Assembly: GCA_041658665.1 (NCBI GenBank)
Contig: JBAZZR010000001.1
Location: forward strand, 256,576-320,575
DNA from: Patescibacteria group bacterium
GTDB taxonomy: Bacteria > Patescibacteriota > Patescibacteriia > Patescibacteriales > UBA12465
DNA: 64,000 nt
Reading direction: 5' to 3'
Both the position numbers and the translations under genes were made by a program. The notes beneath the pieces are model-generated. The model had not been told where the DNA came from. It searched no databases and saw nothing but the letters and a program-made list of their open reading frames with translations. Shown in pieces: positions 57,483-64,000 of this stretch (the stretch's first letter is position 1; every line of letters begins with the position of its first letter).

Positions 57483-59969
57483 ATGACATTTAAAATTATT
57501 AGTTATACTGGTGAGCCCGCGGTAATTAGCGCCGCGACTATCTTGAAAAAGATAGAACTTGCCGCTACGGGCTTAGATTTATCGCCAGAGGCGCTAGAAA
57601 CTATAGTTCAAGAAACCGTTTTGACCGTTTACGAGAATATGTCCGAATTGGAGCTGGATAAGGCGCTCTTACAAGTAGCCGTTCAACATATTAAAGACGA
57701 TCCAGTGTATGACCAATTGGCGGCTAACTTATTACTTAATAATCTCTACCGCGAAGTTTTGGGTTTAGCGAGCGATGACCCCTTATTTAATACTCGCTAC
57801 GAGGAGCAGTTTATCGCTAATTTAGAAAGGGGTATAACTGGCGGTTGGCTATCTCCGGATTTGCGTCGTTTTAATTGGCCTGCCTTAATTACGGCGGCTG
57901 ATAAAAAACGCGATTATTTATTTACTTACGCGGGGCTGGCGACTTTATCCCGTCGTTACATGGTTCGTGATACTCGGCAGAGCCTTGTGGAACTGCCGCA
58001 GTTTCTGTGGCTGCGCATTGCCATGGGTTTGTCTTTGAACGAGGTAGAGCCGGATAAACTCGCGCTGAAATTTTATGACCGTTTATCGAAACTCTACTAT
58101 ATTCCGGGCGGCTCGACTAATATTAACGCTGGCGCTCTCAAGCCGCGGCTCAGTAATTGTTATATTTTAGATATGGAAGATAATATAGAACATATTGGGA
58201 AAACGATCACCGATGTCTTAAAACTTTCTAAAGCGACCGGTGGGATCGGTTTGTCCGTCACTAAATTAAGAGCGAGCGGTTCAGCGATTTCGACCAACAA
58301 TACTTTTTCGTCCGGCCCGATTCCTTTTTTACATATTATCGATTCGGCTATCCGAGCGATTTCGCGGGCGGGCAAGAAGATGGGGGCACTATGTTTTTAT
58401 TTGGAAAATTGGCATTTAGATTTTCAAGAATACATGGATTTGAAGCAGAATGCCGGGGACGATTATCGCCGCACGCGCACGGCGAATATCGCTGTTTATT
58501 TAAGTGATGAATTTATGCGGCGAGTAAAAAACGATGACGATTGGTATCTGTTCGATCCAGCCGATGTGCGTGATTTAGTCGAATTATCAGGCAGCGCTTT
58601 TAAGGAGCGCTACCAGGAGTATTGTGCTTTAGCGCAGTCTGGAAAAATAAAAAACTTTAAGAAGTTGAAAGCGCTCGATCAGTTCCGACAAATTATCGTT
58701 TCTTTACAGGCGACCGCTCATCCCTGGCTTACTTTTAAAGACGCGATTAACGTCCGCGCTTTGAACAATAATACGGGAACAATTTATGGTTCTAACTTGT
58801 GTACGGAAATAACCTTGCCGGCGAACCAAGATAATATTGCTGTTTGTAATTTAGCGTCCATAAATTTATCTCGCCATGTGAAAGATAAAAAAATCGATTG
58901 GTCGGAATTAGCTTTAAGTACTCGCTTAGCCGTTCGTCAGTTAGACAACCTCGTGGATATTAATCGTCCGCCCGTTCCCGAAGCCAGTAATTTTGATAGT
59001 GCTAATCGCGCTTTAGGTTTAGGAGTGATGGGTCTCGCCGATGTCTTTGAACAACTGGACTTGCCTTATGACGCTCCCGCGGCCAGTGATTTGACGGATG
59101 AAATCTTAGAATTTATTAGCTATGAAGCGATTAGTACCAGCGCGGATTTAGCACAAGAAAAAGGGAGTTATAAAAATTTTCCTGGTTCGCGTTGGTCAGA
59201 GGGCTATGTTCCTTTCGATACTATTGCTATTTTAGAACAGAATCGTGAGCGGCCGATTAAGATTAGTCGTCAATTTAAATTAGATTGGCCGGCACTGAGG
59301 GAAAAAGTGAAAAAAGGAATGCGTAACTCGACCTTACTAGCTATCGCTCCTAATGCTAATATCGGTCTGGTAGCGGGGACTTCGACCGGGATTGATCCGC
59401 GCTTTGCTCAGATTTTTAGTCGTAATACCTTAGGCGGTAAACATCTGGAATTGAATCATAATTTAGTTAGTCGTTTGAAGGCTTTAGGTTTATGGGAGAA
59501 GACTAGGGAAGATCTGCTAACTAATTACGGCGATATTAGCAGTTTCGATTATTTACCAGTGGATTTAAGGAATATTTTTAAAGATTCTTTTTCCGTTTCT
59601 TCGGCCGCTTTTGTTGAAGTCGCGGCGCGCGCCCAGAAATGGGTCGATCAAGCGATTAGCCGTAATATTTATTTAGCGACTCGCGAAATTGATGAAGTAA
59701 TGGCTGTTTATTTAGCGGCTTGGGAAAGTGGTTTAAAAACCACTTACTATTTGCATATGAAACCGCGTCATAGCGCTGAGCAGAGTACTGTTAAAGTAAA
59801 CAAAGCTTCGGCTCTGGGGAAACGCGGTTTTGGTGCGGCCCTAAATTTTGAGTCTTCGATTAAACCAACTCCGCCTACTCCACTCGTTCCATCAGTTCAG
59901 TCGAATGATCAATATCAGGCTTGTCCGCTGGATCCGCAAGAAAGATTAATGTGTGAAAGCTGTCAGTAA
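57483..59969 (+). CDS. nrdA: class I ribonucleotide reductase alpha subunit (no N-terminal ATP-cone evident)
   Basis: About 828 aa from the ATG at 57483 (the track uses TTG at 57474). Catalytic region NLCTEI, C-terminal CxxC-like tail (CPLDPQERLMCESC). No VxKRDG ATP-cone motif was seen. Confidence 0.9.
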   Translation: MTFKIISYTGEPAVISAATILKKIELAATGLDLSPEALETIVQETVLTVYENMSELELDKALLQVAVQHIKDDPVYDQLAANLLLNNLYREVLGLASDDPLFNTRYEEQFIANLERGITGGWLSPDLRRFNWPALITAADKKRDYLFTYAGLATLSRRYMVRDTRQSLVELPQFLWLRIAMGLSLNEVEPDKLALKFYDRLSKLYYIPGGSTNINAGALKPRLSNCYILDMEDNIEHIGKTITDVLKLSKATGGIGLSVTKLRASGSAISTNNTFSSGPIPFLHIIDSAIRAISRAGKKMGALCFYLENWHLDFQEYMDLKQNAGDDYRRTRTANIAVYLSDEFMRRVKNDDDWYLFDPADVRDLVELSGSAFKERYQEYCALAQSGKIKNFKKLKALDQFRQIIVSLQATAHPWLTFKDAINVRALNNNTGTIYGSNLCTEITLPANQDNIAVCNLASINLSRHVKDKKIDWSELALSTRLAVRQLDNLVDINRPPVPEASNFDSANRALGLGVMGLADVFEQLDLPYDAPAASDLTDEILEFISYEAISTSADLAQEKGSYKNFPGSRWSEGYVPFDTIAILEQNRERPIKISRQFKLDWPALREKVKKGMRNSTLLAIAPNANIGLVAGTSTGIDPRFAQIFSRNTLGGKHLELNHNLVSRLKALGLWEKTREDLLTNYGDISSFDYLPVDLRNIFKDSFSVSSAAFVEVAARAQKWVDQAISRNIYLATREIDEVMAVYLAAWESGLKTTYYLHMKPRHSAEQSTVKVNKASALGKRGFGAALNFESSIKPTPPTPLVPSVQSNDQYQACPLDPQERLMCESCQ

Positions 59970-59992
59970 ATTATTAATTAAAATATATATAT

Positions 59993-60970
59993 ATGATTTT
60001 AGGCAAACCTTTAAGCCAAGATATGCAACTGCGGCCGATTCGCTATCAATGGGCTTATGATTTATATAACCAGGCCGTCGCTAATACTTGGTTTCCCCAT
60101 GAGATCGCTCTCGGCGAGGATTTGGAAGACTTTAAAAAAATGAGCGAGGATGAAAAACACGCGGTTAGTTTTTTGATGAGCTTTTTTAATCCCGCCGAAT
60201 TAATTGTCAACCGTTCTTTAGCGCTCGGAGTTTATCCTTACCTAAAAGCGCCGGAAGCGCATCTTTATTTAGCTAAGCAGATGTGGGAGGAAGCTAACCA
60301 CTGTCAGGCTTTTGAATATGTGCTGGAAACTTTTCCCCTCGATCAGGAAAAAGTTTTTAATGTCCATTTAGAAACCGCTTCGATTAAGGCGAAAGAAGAA
60401 TTTATTGCTAAATATTTAGGACGCATGACCGAGAATTTAGATATTGAAAGCGTTAGCGGTCAACGCGATTTAGTGCGCAATTTGGTAGCTTTTAATATTG
60501 TGATGGAGGGGATTTGGTTTTATAGCGGTTTTATGGTAGCGCTTAGTTTTCGGCAAAAACAGCAACTTAAGAATTTTGGCTCGATGGTTGATTGGGTATT
60601 GCGGGATGAAAGCCTGCATTTAAAATTTGGTTTAAATTTAATTCTCACTATTTTAGAAGAAAACCCGGCGCTGGCGACGCCGGAATTTGCCGCTGAAATA
60701 AAACAGATAATTATTGCCGGAGTTAAACTCGAGAACAGCTATAATCAAGATTTGTTTCCGCGCGGTATTCAAGGAATAAACGCTGATTATGTTAACCAGT
60801 ACGTGCGTTATGTCGCTGATCGTCGTTTAGAAGAGTTGGGATTTGAGCCATATTTTCATGATACTAATCCCGCTCAATGGATGGCGACAGAAACGGATAC
60901 GCTAGAATTAGTAAATTTTTTTGAAGCACAAAATACTAAGTACGAAGTTGATAATCGCGCTCATAAGTAA
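59993..60970 (+). CDS. nrdB: class I ribonucleotide reductase beta subunit, class Ic-like (Phe at radical site)
   Basis: 325 aa. Metal ligands are FFNPAE (Glu where class Ia has Asp), EEANH, MEGIWFYSGF and RDESLH. The residue at His+4 is Phe (EANHCQAF) instead of the radical Tyr. Confidence 0.9.
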   Translation: MILGKPLSQDMQLRPIRYQWAYDLYNQAVANTWFPHEIALGEDLEDFKKMSEDEKHAVSFLMSFFNPAELIVNRSLALGVYPYLKAPEAHLYLAKQMWEEANHCQAFEYVLETFPLDQEKVFNVHLETASIKAKEEFIAKYLGRMTENLDIESVSGQRDLVRNLVAFNIVMEGIWFYSGFMVALSFRQKQQLKNFGSMVDWVLRDESLHLKFGLNLILTILEENPALATPEFAAEIKQIIIAGVKLENSYNQDLFPRGIQGINADYVNQYVRYVADRRLEELGFEPYFHDTNPAQWMATETDTLELVNFFEAQNTKYEVDNRAHK

Positions 60971-61104
60971 AAAAATATAAATGAATATTTGTCAATATTT
61001 ATTTAATCAAAAATAAGCATTATAATAAATTGTACTAATATTAATATAAAGTCCGGCTAAACTTTATCTGTTTTTTGTTTAGTAATAGGCAAATTAATCT
61101 TATT

Positions 61105-63828
61105 ATGAATATTTTTAAATTATTTGGTGACGCGAATGAAAAAGTTATAAAATCTTTAAATCCGCTAATTGAGAAAATTAGTAGTTTTGAGTTAGCTCTC
61201 CAAAAATTATCCGCTGAGGAATTAAAAGCCAAGACCGTAGAATTTAAGGAGCGTTTAAAGAAAGAAGAAACTCTGGACGATTTATTACCCGAGGCTTTTG
61301 CGACTATTCGAGAAGCGGCGCGTCGAATTTTAGGACAAAGACATTTTGACGTCCAATTAATCGGCGGCATCGTTTTGCACCGGGGTCAAATCGCGGAAAT
61401 GAAGACGGGTGAAGGTAAGACTTTGGTCGCTACTTTACCGCTTTATCTTAACGCTTTGGCCGGGGCCGGGGCCCATCTTATTACGGTTAATGATTATTTG
61501 GCACGAATTGGGGCCGGTTGGATGGCGCCGGTTTTTTGGTCTTTAGGTTTGACTACCGGGGTTATTGTACACGAAAATGCCTATAAATATGATCCGGAAT
61601 ATTTAGATGAAGACCAGTATGACGAACGTTTACAACATTTCCGCCGGGTGCCGCGCCGGGAGGCTTATTACTGCGATATTACTTATGGCACCAACAATGA
61701 ATTTGGTTTTGATTACTTAAAAGATAACATGGTTTATTCCTTGGATCAGGCCGTTCAACGTTCGCTCCATTATGCAATCGTTGACGAAATTGATTCGATT
61801 TTAATTGATGAAGCGCGGACCCCTTTGATTATTAGTGCGTCGGCTGAAGAATCAACCGATAAATATTTTAAATTTTCTCAAATAGTCGGCCAGTTGACGG
61901 AGAACGATGACTATAATGTTGATGAAAAAATGAGGGCGGCTACTTTAACCGAGGAGGGGATTTCGCGGGTAGAAAAAATATTAGGCTTAGGTAATATTTA
62001 TGTTGAAAAAGGCGTAAAAGAAGTCCATCATTTAGAACAGGCCTTGAAAGCGCGCGTTTTATTTAAACGCGATAAAGATTATGTCGTCAAAGATGGCGAA
62101 ATAATTATTGTTGATGAATTCACGGGGCGTTTAATGCCGGGTCGGCGTTATAGCGAAGGCCTCCATCAGGCGATAGAAGCGAAGGAGGGAGTAAAAGTCC
62201 AAAAAGAATCACGAACGATGGCGACCATCACTTTTCAGAATCTTTTTCGCCTCTACACTAAATTATCCGGAATGACGGGAACGGCGGCGACGGAAGCGGA
62301 AGAGTTTCATAAAATTTATAATCTCGAGACGATTGTTATTCCGACTAATAAAACTAACGTCCGCGCCGATCATAATGATTTTATTTATCGCACGGAAATG
62401 GATAAATTTCAGGCGGTTATTAAAGATATTAAAGAGCGTAATACTAAAGGGCAGCCTATTTTAATCGGAACTATTTCTATTGAAAAAAATGAACTTTTAG
62501 CGGAATTAATGGAGCGCGAAGGTTTAAGGCCACAAATGCTTAACGCTAAAAATCATCAAAAGGAAGCGGAAATAATCGCGCAAGCCGGACGAAAGGGCGC
62601 GATTACTTTAGCAACTAATATGGCCGGACGTGGCGTGGATATAATTTTGGGCGGCAATCCGCCGGTTGAAGCCGAACAGGCGGCAGTCAGAGGTTTAGGC
62701 GGTTTGCATGTTATTGGCACGGAACGCCATGAGTCGCGTCGAATTGATAATCAATTGCGCGGGCGGGCTGGACGTCAAGGCGACCCGGGCTCGTCGCAGT
62801 TTTATGTTTCGACTGAAGACGATTTAATGCGGATTTTCGGAGGCGATCGGATGAAAGGCTTGATGCAGACTTTAAAAGTGCCGGCCGATATGCCGATTGA
62901 AAATAAGATGATTTCTAAGTCGATAGAAAGCGCGCAAAAAAAAGTTGAGGGCAATAATTTTGATATTAGAAAACATCTAGTCGAGTATGACGATGTTATT
63001 AATAAACATCGTTTGGCTATTTATCGCCGCCGCCGAGAAATATTAAATATGGCTGAAGGAGGGGAGACTAAAATAGAACCGGCCGCGCCGCGTGGTTTAG
63101 CCGATATAATTTTGACGATGGTGCGCGAAGAAGTGACTAAATTAGTTAATTTTCAGACGGCGGCTGATAGTGTCGCTGACTGGAATATTAAAGAGCTTAA
63201 GGAAACCCTACAGACTATTTGGCCTTGGCGTGACGATTTAATGGCCGGTTTAGATAATATTATAAAATCAGATCAGCCACGCTCTGATTTACGCGCTGAA
63301 TTATGTAATTATATAACTCAAGCCGCGGCTGAAAAATATGCTAGCCTTCAACAGGCCTTTGCCGCCGCTAATTTAGATTTTGGGGAGATCGAGAAAGGAA
63401 TTCTAATTCGTTCCATAGACGAGATGTGGGTTGAGCATCTTGAGACCGTCGACTATTTAAGACGGGGAATCGGTTTACGCGGTTATGGCCAGCGCGATCC
63501 GTTAGTTGAGTATAAAAAAGAAGCCTACCATTTATATCGAGAATTAAATGATTTAATTAATCGGGGAGTCGTTTATTCAATTTACAAAACCGGCGACGCT
63601 TTGTTAGGTACTCAGCGGTTATCTGATTTAGAACTATTTGCCAAACAACCCCAGGAAAAATTAGAGTTTAGCGGCGCGGCCAAAGAAATGCAGAAAGACG
63701 CCGCTAGCCGCAATACGGTTGATCTCGTGTCGGAGAAAGAAAAGGGCGAAGACGGAGAAAAAATTGGCCGTAATGACTTATGTCCTTGTGGCAGCGGGAA
63801 GAAATATAAGAAATGCCACGGACAGTAG
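61105..63828 (+). CDS. secA: preprotein translocase ATPase SecA
   Basis: Start at MNIFKLFGD (ATG 61105; the track start at 61075 is an upstream non-ATG extension). Walker A MKTGEGKT, DEAD-like VDEIDSILIDEARTPLII and the C-terminal zinc motif CPCGSGKKYKKCHG. Confidence 0.93.
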   Translation: MNIFKLFGDANEKVIKSLNPLIEKISSFELALQKLSAEELKAKTVEFKERLKKEETLDDLLPEAFATIREAARRILGQRHFDVQLIGGIVLHRGQIAEMKTGEGKTLVATLPLYLNALAGAGAHLITVNDYLARIGAGWMAPVFWSLGLTTGVIVHENAYKYDPEYLDEDQYDERLQHFRRVPRREAYYCDITYGTNNEFGFDYLKDNMVYSLDQAVQRSLHYAIVDEIDSILIDEARTPLIISASAEESTDKYFKFSQIVGQLTENDDYNVDEKMRAATLTEEGISRVEKILGLGNIYVEKGVKEVHHLEQALKARVLFKRDKDYVVKDGEIIIVDEFTGRLMPGRRYSEGLHQAIEAKEGVKVQKESRTMATITFQNLFRLYTKLSGMTGTAATEAEEFHKIYNLETIVIPTNKTNVRADHNDFIYRTEMDKFQAVIKDIKERNTKGQPILIGTISIEKNELLAELMEREGLRPQMLNAKNHQKEAEIIAQAGRKGAITLATNMAGRGVDIILGGNPPVEAEQAAVRGLGGLHVIGTERHESRRIDNQLRGRAGRQGDPGSSQFYVSTEDDLMRIFGGDRMKGLMQTLKVPADMPIENKMISKSIESAQKKVEGNNFDIRKHLVEYDDVINKHRLAIYRRRREILNMAEGGETKIEPAAPRGLADIILTMVREEVTKLVNFQTAADSVADWNIKELKETLQTIWPWRDDLMAGLDNIIKSDQPRSDLRAELCNYITQAAAEKYASLQQAFAAANLDFGEIEKGILIRSIDEMWVEHLETVDYLRRGIGLRGYGQRDPLVEYKKEAYHLYRELNDLINRGVVYSIYKTGDALLGTQRLSDLELFAKQPQEKLEFSGAAKEMQKDAASRNTVDLVSEKEKGEDGEKIGRNDLCPCGSGKKYKKCHGQ

Positions 63829-63854
63829 AATCACACGGATAGTAGAATTAAATT

Positions 63855-64000
63855 ATGAATAAATTTTTAAGAGTAATTCAATCGGAATTAATTTTGAGCC
63901 GTATTAGAAAAGATTTAGAAATAAACGGCGCTAGTAGCAAGGAGCTCAAGTATTTAGATTTTCATCGGTCCCGGTTCGATTATTTATTAAGACTGGGCGA
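63855..64000 (+). CDS. 5' end of an ORF truncated by the window edge
   Basis: The ATG at 63855 opens a frame (MNKFLRVIQSELILSRIRKDLEING...) that runs to the end of the window. Function unknown. Confidence 0.3.
   Translation, partial: MNKFLRVIQSELILSRIRKDLEINGASSKELKYLDFHRSRFDYLLRLG

Overview
This 64 kb window comes from a low-GC bacterial chromosome. Its compact gene style, canonical TTGACA/TATAAT promoters and many small secreted or membrane proteins resemble an uncultivated small-genome lineage of the CPR/Patescibacteria type. That placement is an inference and was not tested.

Core housekeeping genes:
- hisS, ligA and gatCA
- holB, frr, rseP and hpf
- nrdAB and secA
- tRNA-His and tRNA-Ser

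Accessory blocks interleaved with them:
1. 1-7.4 kb is a visibly AT-rich segment. It carries two radical-SAM genes, a GT-B glycosyltransferase and secreted proteins, one of which has a T9SS-type C-terminal sorting domain.
2. 7.5-16.9 kb starts with hisS translationally coupled to an MIO-type histidine ammonia-lyase homologue. Independently promoted and terminated genes follow: a SPASM radical-SAM enzyme, two HAD phosphatases, a kinase-like protein, a PRTase-like protein and a LOG-like protein. The block ends at a non-canonical tRNA-His.
3. 22.5-30.5 kb lies directly downstream of tRNA-Ser(GGA) and holds a run of single-gene units: NYN, a P-loop-like protein, a BclA/collagen-like protein, two Nudix hydrolases, an aminotransferase and a CYTH-like protein. 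The units are separated by same-strand copies of a 28-40 nt element that matches the tRNA-Ser 3' end. No integrase is visible. I consider this the most unusual structure in the window.
4. 33.4-49.2 kb is a 17-gene minus-strand glycan operon encoding the GDP-fucose pathway, FdtA/aminotransferase, WecB, many glycosyltransferases and methyltransferases, Wzx and a priming transferase.

Other points of note are a class Ic-like NrdB (Tyr to Phe, Asp to Glu) behind tandem NrdR-box-like sites, and a DsbA-like protein whose CxxC motif is SxxS.

All calls rest on manual motif reading. No database searches or computations were run.
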